A DNA stretch of 64,000 nucleotides from Octopus vulgaris. Lineage: Eukaryota. The notes under the pieces were generated by a model, which ran no database searches, was not told the DNA's origin, and saw nothing but the letters and a program-made list of their open reading frames with translations. A program made the position numbers and the translations under genes. Where the stretch lies: contig OX597815.1 in NCBI GenBank assembly GCA_951406725.2, forward strand, positions 110,112,001 to 110,176,000, written 5' to 3'. Each line of letters opens with the position of its first letter. Within the stretch, counting starts at the first letter, position 1. Of this stretch, positions 26,575 through 40,387 are shown in pieces.

Positions 26575-29500
26575 TATATATATATGTATTTTTATATATA
26601 TACATATATATACATTCACACACACACACACACACGAACAGACATATACATATACTCATTAAAATGAGTGCAAGTACATGCGTGTTGTATAGTGCATGTG
26701 TGTTTAGTGTTGGTTTGATTCTTTGTGTGTGTATGTGTGTGTATGTGTATGTGTGTGCATAGGTGTGTGTGCGCGCGCGTGTATATATGACCTGATAATG
26801 AGATATAATACGCTATAGTGATCGTCACACATGCTTCGTTTCAACTCTGCAGGATACTAATAGAATGCAGATTCGAGCATTTGCTCTTGTTGGTGTTGTT
26901 GTTGTCACTGCTGTAGTTGTTGTATTGTTGTTTAGCCCCAGGTCAGCCCGGATCGAACAGGCTTGTGATTCTAATATAGTGCAGATGAAAACTCTTTTAA
27001 TAGGCGGCCACGTGTCTAACGTCAATGAGAAGAATTCCATTTTACTGTCTTCCCTACGCATACTTGTTTTTGATTTGTTTTATTGTTCTGTGGTGGGGAA
27101 GTATTTTTTCTCACTTTCTCTAACCTATCTATAATAGCTGCAATCACCACAGACATTTTTATTATCATATTTCAGGCACTGACAATGATCAAATGAGAAA
27201 TTTCAATTTGTTAGATAGAGTGACCGCAACAGACTCTTGCTTTTACCACAACTGTCTCAATATTTAACTCTGTCTGTAATAATGAACATGGCTATCACTC
27301 ATGATATAGCAGGCTAATTTAATAATTTGAAAAACACAAAACATTACAACTGCTGTGTGTCAATTAGGGACATGCTAGCAGTTAAATATATTTCACATTT
27401 TTTAACTAGTCAAGTAGTAAAAAGAAAGGTTTCTCTTTAATTTTTCCTTTCCTGCTGTGTTACGCTGTAATCAGTTCTTGGACAGTTCCATTTGAAAATC
27501 ATTTCTGTTTTTTTTTCTCTTTTTCGTTTTCCATTTTCGATGAAAAGCGGTTACTCCTATTTTCTTAATCTTTATCCGTATCTGAAGGAAGTAGTTCGGA
27601 GAATGATTTTCATTGCTTTCACGCAGCACAATATAGACGGCTTCGAGATAGTAAGAAGAATCGCCGTTGATACTCCACCAGTATTTTATTAGCCTGAAGT
27701 TGCAGATCACTGCAACAAATCCATAACGCCAAATCTCCCTTAAATCACATCTTAACTTGTCAATAAATGGAGAGCACATGAGACAATGTATCAATAAATA
27801 TGTAAATATTCTGGAAGGACACACGTGGAAAGACTTTGATTAAAGGTTTGCTCTACTATTTAAACTGTAATGTTGACCATAAGAAGGGAAAAGAATCAAA
27901 GTTTTTGATGGAATGTTAATATTAACATTGACGATAATGATAGTGTCGTTCTAGTGTCGTTTTTATCCAACTCAGATGAAGCAGACCTATAGTTCAAGGC
28001 ATGGCAGTCGTGACTATCACATTCTTTTAGCTATATGTTTTGTTATGTTGGGAGATGCCAGTCAGTAAGTTTCCGCCAGTATATTTGATCGATAGCTGTT
28101 TTTGCTACATTTCTCCAAGTGGTCATCGTGTACTACATTTGAGATTTTTCGAAAATGTTCAGCGCAAGGTATTCTTGAAGCAGTACTTTCTAAACGCTAT
28201 TTTGGTGTCCATGTCAAAAAAGTCCTTGCATGATGCTTGGTGGTTGGCAGGCGTAAAGTATGGCCCAGTGCGCCATATTCTATAGTTGCAAACCGGTGCA
28301 ATACCATAATAGCCTGTATATGGATTTTTAAAATCTTGTTGTGACTTAGATTTTTTCTTTTTTCATCTAGAAGGCAGTTCACTAAAGATTAATACAACCT
28401 GTTATGATGCGTTGCGCACCGTTTTTGCGTTCTATTTATTATATTGCGAAATTATACGGAATGACTGTGGCACAGGTAGGGCTAGCAGAGCTCACGGTTA
28501 ATGAAATATATTGTTTGTATTTCAATATTACTGTTTCCTGTTGGCTAGATGTGGTATCTGTGTTTGTTCTAAGTACGTTTGAGCATCGTTTTGCTTCCGT
28601 GCAAAGAAGTACGAGGAAAGAACAATATGATGACGATAGGCAAGATCAAAAGGATTGATCTTCTTGGGAATGGAAACTACAATGGTGTGTAAGTCAGATT
28701 CGAGGTAAGATTTGAGGTAAGACAGGTAAGACAGGTAAGTCCGATTCGAGGAAAGTAAAGAATATTGAAACGCTGCGCTCAAATATAGAACTTAATTGGT
28801 TTGAAGACCGTCTGGTAATATATATAAAAAGAAAAATAAGAAGACTGCTTTTTTCCTCGTTTATATCGAAATCATCAACTTATTAATATTATATTCCATC
28901 TATCACAATCATTTTATTTCCTCGTATTTACATGCCTCAATATTCATAATTATTCAGTTAATAAATACTTTCAATATAGTAAAATCTGGTTGTACAGATT
29001 CCATGCATCTTGTCTGAAACGTTGTCCAACGAATAGTTAAGAAATAAATTCAATCACGCAGTCCTTTTGCTAATATAATTATTATCATTACTACAATATG
29101 TATTAAGTCATAAAACTGAGCCTTGGTGCATCTGAGCTCTTTCACATTTCTGGATAATAATTACGTTTTTTCTCCAGACTTTCTGATAACTAGAGTTACA
29201 ATTTTCCACGATTTAAAGATAGTGATTGTTCTAATGTCAAAATAAGGAGTGTCATTCTAAGTCAGAGGTTTCAAGCATCTCAGTGTCTAAGTGCCAATAC
29301 AAAGATAATTAGATAACTTATTCGGTCACTTGTTCTGATTCATATTCAATATTTTGGATAGTTTGCTGAGAGTATTAGATAAGCAAGTTGATAATGTCCA
29401 AAGAAAGCAGTTGGAACCTACTCAGCTTAAAAGTTTTGCATCAATCATCTAGTCTGCAACCCTATTGTATTCACAAATATTCTGTGATAGGTAGCTATAT

Positions 29501-30439
29501 AGATTGTCCATACACAAACATAAGGATTGTTATTAGAATCGGTAAGCTTGTGGTAATCAGCAGATTGTAAAGTTAAAAGAAAATAGGTATGAGATAGAGT
29601 ATCTGAAGTCGACGTAGAATTTATTATATTTGAGACTTTAGCAGAGAAGTAAAAGACACCAACTCATTTCTTCTTTCATGATATATATGGCGAACAGTCA
29701 CAAATATATGGAATAACATTTGACCTGTTAATAACCCAAACTTATTCTTTGCAGGTATTTTATCGAAAGGAATGTCACGAACGCGTCAATTCTAATGGTA
29801 TCTGAGTCCTAAACTGCATGAAAATATGCATGGCTTTGTAGTTAAGAATTCACTTCGCCAAATTTAGTTTTACTTTCAGTTCTATTACATTGCAAGACAC
29901 GTTTCTTCTACTACAGCCTCTAGTCGACCAAAGTATTGTGAGCGAAATCTGTTAGTAGTAGGAATATGTGTGGAAACCTATCAAGGAAGCATTTCTCTTC
30001 TTGACTAGTTGACTCAAGCCATCGTCTGGCTTAACACTACCACAGTGCCTATTGCTAACATTGGAGCATGGCCTTTACTTTGAGGGTAACTTCGTCTTAT
30101 AGTCTCAGAATATATAGAAACGGGTCCGGGGCATTGTTTCTTTTCTCCTCTGATTAAGGCAGTAACCCTTTGCCTGTGCATCACGTGATAAACAGGACAT
30201 ATTTTTCTGGTGTTCATGCAGTATATATGGAACGCATTCCCAATTTCTTCAACCTCCAGAGTAACTTGGGATTCATTGAAAAAAAAATTATATTACTCGG
30301 AACATATGAAGCAAGTGTGTGGAAATAAGTGTGGAAAAATGTGGAAATAAGCATGTGCGTTTAGGAGAAATTTATGAAAATGCTTTGGACAGGTAAGTAG
30401 TTAAACTGGTAGCTCGAAATTTATATTCTTTCTGTCTTT

Positions 30440-30885
30440 TTATTCTTTTTACTTCAGTCATTTGATTGCGGCCATGCTGGAGCACCAACTTAAGGTGTTT
30501 TAGTCGAACAAATCAATCCCAGGATTTATCCTTTATAAGCCAAGTATTTATTCTATCGGTGCCTTATGCTGAACCGCTAAGTTAAGAGGACGTAAACACA
30601 CCAGTATTGGTTGTTAAGTGATAGTGGGGGCGGAACAAACACAGACTCACAGGCAAATATACACATGCACACACACATACACATACATACATATAGATAG
30701 ATAAACAGACAGACAGACAGATTGATAGATAGATATACGACAGGCTTCTTTCAGTTTCCGTCTATCAAATCCATTCACAAGGGCCCGAGGCTAAAGTAGA
30801 AGACACTTGCCCAGGGTGCCACGCTATAGGACTGAACCCGGAACTATGTGGTTAAGAAGAAAGCTTCTTACCACCCCAGTGCCTA
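30440..30885 (-). mobile_element. SINE family A
   Basis: Reverse-complement match, including GGCACCCTGGGCAAGTGTCTTC (CORE-like) and the B box. Confidence 0.88.
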
Positions 30886-33800
30886 TATGTGTATATATTT
30901 ATATTTCCGTATCACATTTGTACTAAACGTCTTGATATAAAATGTTTTGTTAATGGATTTCACTAGAAATTATCATCCGGTTAGATTTTAATTGTATTAT
31001 AGTATTTTAGCTTTTATAAATTTGTGGGACATTTTGTTGTCATGTAAGTGATACTGATCATATCTTTAGAACCGATGTGACTTGCAACGAAATTTCTTCT
31101 CTGATTCATTCATCTGACTTGTAACGGATTCTGAAGTAGTTTATTACAAGTACTAAGTATAATAATGAAATGCAGAATTTTAAAAAGTTTGCCTTGGTTG
31201 TGATGCTTTGAAATAATAAACGATAAACGCTTTAACGTTTGGAAATATTTATTTTAACAATGATAACAAACACTGCGTATCTATCAAACCAACAGTAACA
31301 TGACAGTGAAGGGACGTTTATAAAACAGCGGAGTTTCAATGTGATGAACCGATCTGCTAGAAAGAGCAGCCAAATCACCCTTAAGTTACATACTACCGTC
31401 AAACAAAACAAAACACATTGATTAATGATGTGCACGTGTATCAAGCATTGGAAACATAAGTCCTTTTTGCTAGAGTCAACCTAGTATTAATCAATAATAA
31501 ACGTAATACTTGATAAACACTCAATGGGAGATCTTTGAAATTCGATCAGATCTAACTACTGAAGCTTTAACTGATCATAACCACCGTAGCTATAATTGTT
31601 TATTGCATTTTGATATTGTACTGTATATATTAGTCAAATTCAAAGTTAACCATTCTAGCTTTATTGGAAAAATATGCAAGATATCTCACTCTGTTTCTTG
31701 CTTGTTTGTTTGTAACGGGTACATATTTGTATAATATTATATTATACAAATACTACTACGCCAGGCTTAATATATTCTACTGATTACGCATATTTATAAA
31801 CACATGTATCACATTTTAGAAGTATTTTTGTGCGATCAATTAATATAAAAATTTGATCAATACTGCTACGAAATAGTTATACCATTCAATTAAATTCATT
31901 AATCGATACTTAGGGAGAGTTAAACTCAATACTTAGAAGATTAAAACTAATTACTGTAAGGCATTTAGTCTGGTACTGTATTGCTTCAACCATGAAATCT
32001 GATAAAAAATATTAATAATTCTCTTACTGATAAGGCAAGTCGTTAGATGCTACCTAAATGTCAACAGATGTACTAATTAACTTCACTAAATGTCAATAAT
32101 TATAACGGAAATCTCATGAAAGTTACAAGTATTTAACCACAAAAACACTAATAATTTTTATGCTATATTCTGCTGTTATGAACTATTTTATGAAGCGCTG
32201 TTTTATTACTCCGCAAGTACTATTTGCAATAGCCATATCCATTACAGTTGCCGTGACAACTTCAACTCCGCTAACCATGAATAAATTCTCTTTACAACTA
32301 AAAGTCATAATAGTATTTTACAGCATGGCCTTTAAATGGCCTTCAAATTAATCCCATTAAAGATGAAATATTAAAGTTTTGTTTTGTTGATTATTCTTTG
32401 AAGTTTTTTAAGTTGCCAAACATTACGAATATCATTAGCTCATATTTTCCAATTCCAAACAAATACTGTAGCTCATGAAATCAAGTACCCGTTTACATAA
32501 TCAGTTAACCTATCAAGGGAAAAACAAGACCTTCATCTTGTTTAGTTATTTATTTTTTGTTTCCTTAATCATTCTTATTTAGAGCTCCATTTTTATGTTA
32601 ATCTTCATTCAAACAATCCAACTGAAATAATAAACGTTGAGAGAAAGAGACACCCCTCCAATAAAAGTTTATTACCCATTGTTTTCTATTTGATTTATCA
32701 TTTATTTCTCGCCGGTTTATGAATGATTGATGAATAGGTGAAAATGAAGACATCATCTGCTTTATACAAGAGTTTATGGCATCGTCTTTTAGACTTTGAA
32801 GATGTGGGACTTATTATGAATCTTGGTTTTATGTCCTGTTTAAAGCTAAGTCGATTTTCTTGTACGTCAACTGGGAAACAAGACCTTCATCTTGTTTATT
32901 TATACTAATTTTTCCCCCTATATTAAGATGAATGAGAAATTAAGTGTTCCTCAGTTCTGTAATTCTGCGTACCGAGTTCAAATCTCATTGGTGACAGTAG
33001 TGTTTTTCAATCTTTCGACCCTCTGTTTGTACAACTCGAAAGAGAAAAATCATTAGGGAATCATAGTGCATGCGAATACGATGTCTTTCTCTGTCTGTCT
33101 CTCTCACTCTATTGCTCTTTTTCTCTACCACTTTCTCACACACGTATTAATGACAGCATAACAATAACCAATCAAATCAGGGATTGTATAATCAATTTCT
33201 TTACAGCTGTTTCTGCTATAAGGTACTGTGCACACAGAATTGAGTGCTAGTACATTTTATATCTTACTCAGAGGCATTTGAAAAATGTTATTGGTTATTG
33301 GTACCATTATGACCAAGCCGAGTTACATTATCATAATATATAACTTATATGAATATTTGAAATGGAGGCAGTATACAGTTCCTCTCATATGGACGCACGG
33401 TGCTTCAAAGCAGCCACGCATATTCTGCTTCTTCGGTGGTAGGTGCCCGTTCACTACAAATCACTAAATCTCATTGCCTACGATATATAGAGAAACAGTG
33501 TTTTTTCAGACAAGGATGTCGCAGATAGTCAGCAGTATTATTAAAAACTAAATACTAGCAACCGGAGCAGCGTTAATTCCAAAAGCAACCTTTGTATCCA
33601 ACGTAATGTGGAAGTATTATTAGATGGCCTAACACAGCGGCATTCGAACACAGAGTTCCTCTCATGTAAACGTACGAATCTTACATCCACGTTCAGTTAG
33701 ATATAAAGATTGTCTCTTCGTATTAATACTGCTTCTGTTGCTAATATATTTAATTTTTAGTAAGCTGTTTGCTGTTTGCCAACAATGTGTATAATAACAG

Positions 33801-33947
33801 TGTCTGAAATATACTCTTATTCTATATATCATTGGTAGTGAGATTTGGCTGGTTTGCGGTGACCAGGTACCTACAATTGTATACTGAAATCACGTCAGTT
33901 CGTTGTTCCGACACCCATTTCAGACAATTCTCGTCTGCTACGATATA

Positions 33948-35157
33948 CAGGGGTTGGACAAAATAACGGAAACACCTTAAATTTTCATACAAATTCATTT
34001 TAATATAGGGTAGGGCAGCCTTTGGCAGTAATTGAAGCTTGAATTCTGCGAGATATGGACTCGTACACAGTTTGAATTGTTTCCAAAGGAATTTTTGTCC
34101 ATTTTTCAGCTAAAACAGTCTCCAGTTCTTGTAGTGATGATGGTGGAGGATATCAACGCCTTACTTGTTTTTCTAAACTGCGCCATAAATGTTCAATAAT
34201 ATTGAGATCTGGGGACTGTAGTGGCTTTAGCTGTGTGAACTGGTGCATTATCATTCTGAAAGATTGTGTTTCTCTCCGGAAACAGTTCCGCAACCATAGG
34301 ATGAATTTGATCAGATAAAATGCTTAAATAGTCTTGACTATTAATTCTGCCACGAAGGAAAACCATTAGACCGGCAGATTTCCAAGATATAACCCCACCC
34401 CGATCATCGCAGATCCTCCTCCATGTTTAACAGCTGGAAGAAGGCAGTCTGGGTCAAATGCTTTCTTTGGCTGTCTCCACATGTATACTCGGCCGGTGGT
34501 CGGAAATAAAGTAAAGATGACTCGTCCGAGAAAATAATATTCTTCAACTACTCTATGGACCAATTCTGCAGGTTTTTACTCCACTCTAAAAACGTTTGTT
34601 TTGAAAGTAGTGGTTTCCTGATTGCAGCCCTTCCGTGAAATCTAGTTTTGTGCAGCTCCCGGTGAACAGGTTTTGTGGAACGTAGGTTCTCGAGATGATC
34701 GTTAAGCTGTGCAGTAATTTCGAGAGCTGTAATTTTGTTATTCTTTCTAACAATTCGTGTAAGAATCCGACGGTCCCTAACTGAAATTTTGGATTTCTTT
34801 CGGAGATTTATTTCGACAAGGATGTTTTCACTCTTTCTCAAAGGCTGACATTACATTCGAGACAGTACTTCTTGATACATTAAACATTTCGGCTCTTTTC
34901 GTTACGCTAGCGCCTGCCATACGAGCACCAACAATTTGATATCGTTGAAAGTCCGATAGATCTGCCATTTTAATGAATTCTAATTATCTTCTTCTGATGA
35001 TATCTGAACAGAAACAGCAATTTTAGCGAAACATATTAAGCAACACTAATAATAAATCAAAAAACATTAAAGTAAACAAGCTTTTGACGGTTTTATAGAT
35101 ATTTCAAAACTATGATACTATCATGCTAGGTGTTTCCAATATTTTTTCCAACCCTTG
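33948..35157 (-). mobile_element. Tc1/mariner DNA transposon (Tc1-type), full length 1210 bp, defective
   Basis: 30-bp TIRs CAGGGGTTGGACAAAATAACGGAAACACCT (33948-33977) and 35128-35157 (26/30 identical), with TA target duplication on both sides. Confidence 0.95.
34000..34968 (-). pseudogene. Tc1 transposase pseudogene
   Basis: MADLSDFQRYQIVGARMAGASV..VSRSTVS (HTH), GRAAIRKPLLS, FSDES, VKHGGGS, FQNDNAPVH, QSPDLNIIEHLW, ending SRRIQASITAKGCPTLY*. Frameshifts, an internal stop and a deletion between the second D and the E. Confidence 0.93.
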
Positions 35158-35264
35158 TATGTGTTTGCATTTAAGCAACGTGAGTTTACATGACAAGACC
35201 TCTCAGGGCAAATACCGAAGTATTCGGAGTTCTAACAATGCATCCACATTAAGTTGCAGATATT

Positions 35265-35580
35265 TTCTTGGACAAGTGTTTTCTACTATAGCCTCGGGCC
35301 GAACAAAGACTTGTGAGTGGATTTGTGTAGACGGAAACTGAAACAAGCCCGTCATATATATATATGTATATGTATATATGCGAATCTATATGTTTGTAAC
35401 TGTGTTTGTCCCCCATCACCACTTGACAACCGGTATTGGTGTGTTTACGTCCCCGTAACTTAGCGGTTCGGCAAAAGAGCCCGATAGAATAAGTACCAGA
35501 CTAAACGGTACTGGTGTCGATTCAAGCCGGTGCTCCAGCATAGCTGCATTCTAATGACTGAAGCAGGTAAAGGATAAAAA
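35265..35580 (+). mobile_element. SINE family A, 5'-truncated
   Basis: High similarity to 49230-49540. Confidence 0.88.
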
Positions 35581-35585
35581 ATAAG

Positions 35586-35641
<56 letters not shown>

Positions 35642-35744
35642 TTGTGTGTGTGTGTATGTGTGTATGCATAAAAATATAAATATTAATATCCAGCAAGAAT
35701 AAAGTACTATAGATGTATTGAGTTATTCTTTATTCTTCTAACGG

Positions 35745-36290
35745 TCTCCGGAGAAGTATGACAGATTTGTCCTCTATTCACCGCCCGTACACATCTCTGC
35801 CTGTAAATATTCAGTAAAGCTCTACATAGCACCATAAACGTAACTATTTCTAGCAATGATCGCACTTCGTGTACACCTGCTTTATATATCTATAATCCTT
35901 CATATGTGCCGCGTTATTCTTGCTGGATATTAATATCATTTTAATAATATTTATATTTTCGTGCATGTTTTATCCCTGATCTTGGTTTCGACTATGACTA
36001 TGACTATGAGCCGAGTAAACAGGCAGAAATGTAGTGGATATTTTAAAATTTGCTCGTTCATGAAAGACTCAACTGACGATACCCAATCAGATTCGCACTC
36101 ACGCACGTGATCTGAAGAATTTGAAACTGCAGTATTTCCGTAGAGTACGGATTCCGTAGAGTAAGACAGAATTTTCCTCATATTCAACGCCTGCACACAT
36201 CTCTACCTGTAAATATTCAGTGAAGCTCTACATAGCGCCGCAAACGTACCGGCTGCTATTTCTAGCAACGATCGTACTTCGTGTACACCT

Positions 36291-36295
<5 letters not shown>
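35745..36295 (+). repeat. Partial tandem duplication, ~406-bp period, ending in (TA)n
   Basis: ACACATCTCT.CCTGTAAATATTCAGT.AAGCTCTACATAGC...CTATTTCTAGCAA.GATCG.ACTTCGTGTACACCTG at ~35789-35879 and ~36195-36290. Confidence 0.85.
36068..36137 (+). ncRNA. Hammerhead-like motif inside a partial tandem repeat
   Basis: CUGACGA (36073-79), helix UCAGAU/AUCUGA, GAAA-CUGCAG-UA (36123-34). Helix I is weak. Confidence 0.55.
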
Positions 36296-36337
<42 letters not shown>

Positions 36338-36387
36338 GTGTGTGTGTTTGTGCATATATATGTGTGCATATATAAATATACATATAA

Positions 36388-36461
<74 letters not shown>

Positions 36462-39400
36462 GTGTATACAGACACACACGCACACACACATATACATATA
36501 TATGTTGTCGCTGCCACGAAGCTCCAGTTATTTAGGCATACTGTTTTTATGTTTGTACACATGTTTATGTATGTGACAGTGTGTTTGTGTGTATGAATAA
36601 GTAGTATAAATGTAAAAATAGTCTTTTAAGAATAATAATTTCTCACATCGGCGTCAGGTCAGAAAATTTAGGGCCAGAAATAATCGATCATATCGACTTT
36701 AATACGTAACTAGTCCTTTAGTTTCACGACCATTGAAGGATGAAAAGCAAACCTGATTTTGGTGCGAAAAGCTTGCAGAAATACTGCACGGAAGTTAGTC
36801 CGACGGTGTAAAGGTTCTGACAACTCACCTGTCATTAAAGCAATTTAAAAAAAAATTCTGCTATATTATAAACTTTTATTAAGTTGTTGCTCTTTAGCCC
36901 ATGCCCAGCATGACTAAGTAGAACTATGATGAAAAATGTTGCAACCGAGACAATGCCATAAACATATTTATGTCGATATCAAGGACTACTTTTTCAAATG
37001 AGTACATTTTTAATACTGATTTTATGTGGATTGAGGGGAAATAGGCAGCTAGTTTTCGAAAATCGAACGTCCTTGCTTAGAAGCTCGCTTGTTTGTTTTC
37101 GAAATTATTCTTACGAAGTGATTGCTTACTGTGTGAAATAAATTTATAGATAAAAATAATATAAAACAAACAACTTTAACTAACCTAATACTGGGTGTTT
37201 CCATGACCTATTAAATTTATTCAGGCTAAGTCAGCATAGCTAATCTTATTTTATTGTTTGTCTACGCCATACGGACATAAGGATATGACGTCAGCATTGT
37301 ATGTTAACTAACTCTACTAAGCTGAATAGCAATTATGTTTGACTCACGTGATGTTTATCTTTGGTCTGCGTAGTGAAAAGTGTGTGACTTCTTCGTCGTT
37401 TTCCGACAATGAGCACCCAGTTGTTTAACCAATTGAATTTCGTTTTGTAAAATTACCAGGTAAGTGGCAGATTATTCCTCAGACATCTGTACCATTAACG
37501 CAAATCTAGCCTGAACCAGGGTGACACTATGCGATATGGTTGGCCCTTTCAGGTACAGTCTGGAGACAGAGCCAGAAATTATCAAGCTAAATCAGCGTGA
37601 CACAGTATGACTAATAAGGCCCTTCGAATCACAAATACAATCGAAGGAAATAAGATGGCTTGAACAGAAATGCTATTGACACCGAAAGGCAAAGAGACAA
37701 AGCGGATTTCGGCGGGATTTGAAACTAGACAACCGAAACGAGTAGCGTAAATCATTTTATTTGATGTTCTATTGGTTCTGTCAATTCCGTTTTGCGCACG
37801 CTTTGTAGCAGCAGTGAAATATGATACATTTACATAAGTGAACAATGATCGTTAATAATTTTATGTCACTACCATTGTAAATACTGGCGATCTTTGAATA
37901 TTGAACATGTTTGCCTCTTTGCTTTCTTGTCTTCGCGTCCCAGAAATGAAATTACACTCAAATACCCACGTTTCTGTTTTAAAATCTACATAATATCCAT
38001 TGCTTGCATATACTGGGCACGTATTTATTTCAAGGCAATCGGAAAATTATATGATTAACACCAACGTTATTTTCCTTCGTAGGTATTCTTTACCCCTCTC
38101 TCAATTTCTGAACCTTCTTTCTGTCTCTTATTCTCATCCTTTTCCCTTTGTATTTCTCCTCTCTTTTCCTTCTCACTTTCACTCTCCACTCCTTTTCGCC
38201 TACGTGTACCGTCTCTAAGTGCAGGGCATTTATTTATGAATTGCAATGCTTTACACATATCTGTTTTCTTTCTTCTATTGTTTAAAATCTTTGCTTATAT
38301 ATTTTTATAACTTTTTGTTAGTTTTTTCCTTTTCGATTCACCGAATATTCCTTTCATTCTCTCCTTTCAAATTATCTATCGCTCTACTTTCCCTTTTCTT
38401 TCCTTCCTTTACTTAATCATTTCAGTTTTTCATTCGAACTTTTTATTCCTATAATTTTATCTATTATATACTTTCTTTCATTCGCTTTTAGTTTATATTC
38501 GCACTTTCATATTCAATTTTTATTTCTTATTTTGGTATCATTCCTTTCATTTATTTTCTTGTATTTTTTGCCATTTGTATTTTTAAATGAGATAATCTTT
38601 AGTTATGTCTACACTTTCTGTTTAAAACCACGTATTTCGTGAATTACATATGTTGTAGCGGTTTTTTCCTCTTAACCTATAGCTGAACTTCAATAAGAAA
38701 CTTGCCTACAGCAATGCTTTCTAAGTACATAATGATTTCAAAATCAGTCAAATGGTGTAGGAACAACATTTATGATGAAATTATATTTTCCTGGCTATAT
38801 TAATTCTTTCTGTTATTTCTAAAATGAACCAAACATCAAGGGTTTTGAGAATCTTGGATTGCTATCTGTGAGAAACACACACGAAACACTGAAAATTGAT
38901 AACACAATTCTTTGAAAATATCTTAGGAATCGCGACGAAACGCTTGAGCTGTAATTCTCCTTTGATGGAATATAAGGACAATGTTCACTGGATTTCTTAT
39001 AAAAGTGTAACATCAATAATTGTATTTGATATGTTTGAATAAACATCATTATGAGAATATGCGTAGATTAAAATGTGAACGCAAATATCAAATAACATAC
39101 ACAGCAAGCCAAGCAAATTGATATGGATGAGTAAATTACATGAAATATAATTAGGAATAATGCTTTGTTTTAGTATTAGAGTTAAAATAACTAAATTGAT
39201 ATATATTGTTATTTAAAGTACAAGGGCCTTATGCTCAAAACCTCTACAGTGTTTTTCGATTCATATAATATTCTGGTCTTGCTTTAATCTTACCATTACT
39301 GGCAAGATTAAAGCAACACGAACAACGAAAACTAAACAAGTAATATATTATAGTTCGATGGAAGTTTTGTTCCTGCTTTCTCAAGTATAGGGATCTACGT

Positions 39401-39589
39401 AATTGGAAAATAAACTAAATTTCTAAGGTGATCTCTAGGCGGATGAATGATCCTAATAATATTACTGATAGATGCGTTGTCTAAACTAGTAAAATTAAAT
39501 AGGAATATGATTTTTACATTACTTTTAATCATTATAATCGCATTACTTTAAATCTTTACTTTTAATCAATTAATATTAATTTCTTACAA

Positions 39590-39890
39590 AGATACAAGAC
39601 TTAAAATCTGGGGAGATACATATACAAGATTGTATTAACTCCGGTTCCTTATTCTATTTACTATGAAATTATTAAAGACAAATTCGACCTTCCTGAGATT
39701 TGAACTCAACGAAAGAACGAAATGGATCATAACCAAATAGTGCAAAACAATTTATCTTCTGAGGTCGACTTTGCTTTTTATCCTTTAGGGGTCAATTGAA
39801 TAAATGCCAGTTACGCACTGGGGTCGATGTAATCGCTTTAATCCTTTCCCCTAAATCTGAGACTTTGCGCGTCCAATAGAAAATATTATT
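39590..39890. mobile_element. Two SINE family B copies, head-to-head
   Basis: Minus copy ~39590-39750 and plus copy ~39758-39890. Further diverged copies at ~2180-2375, 4630-4760, 14670-14880, 21390-21570, 36645-36830, 37660-37790 (-) and 4260-4380, 12305-12450, 17410-17760 (+). Confidence 0.7.
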
Positions 39891-39907
39891 ATTACTATTA
39901 TTATTAT

Positions 39908-39943
<36 letters not shown>

Positions 39944-39959
39944 CAGCAGCAGCAGGTAC

Positions 39960-40018
<59 letters not shown>

Positions 40019-40387
40019 CAGCAGTAGTAGTAGTAGCAGTCTGCATCTCACAATGCAAGAAGAAACCTAAGACTATGACTAGGTAATCATACACCGAAAA
40101 GAATTTGACAGTCACATAGGTCAGCTTGATCAAGTTTTGACCTCTGACAGTACAAAAAAATTGCTTCTGAAAAATGTCAGACAATCTAAAGTTATGACAC
40201 AATTCATTACCTTGTGTCTTTTCTCTTTTCAGTGATCACCTGTGATTTTATCGTAGTTGTTATTGTTGCTGAAACTCAGAGCAGCTCACGTCGAGTAGAA
40301 CTATAATCAAAGAGATTCAAGTTCGAATCCGCAGCTGCTTGCATTATACATACATGCACACATACATTCCTACATACAAACTACTGT

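Noticed and set aside
27950-28700. Decayed LINE RT on the minus strand (IVVSIPKK..YR, IEYG)
   Set aside because: Only two weak motifs; cannot be supported without a profile search.
34990-35025. CTGATGA...GAAAC inside the Tc1 5' region
   Set aside because: No helix II/III pairing; chance match.
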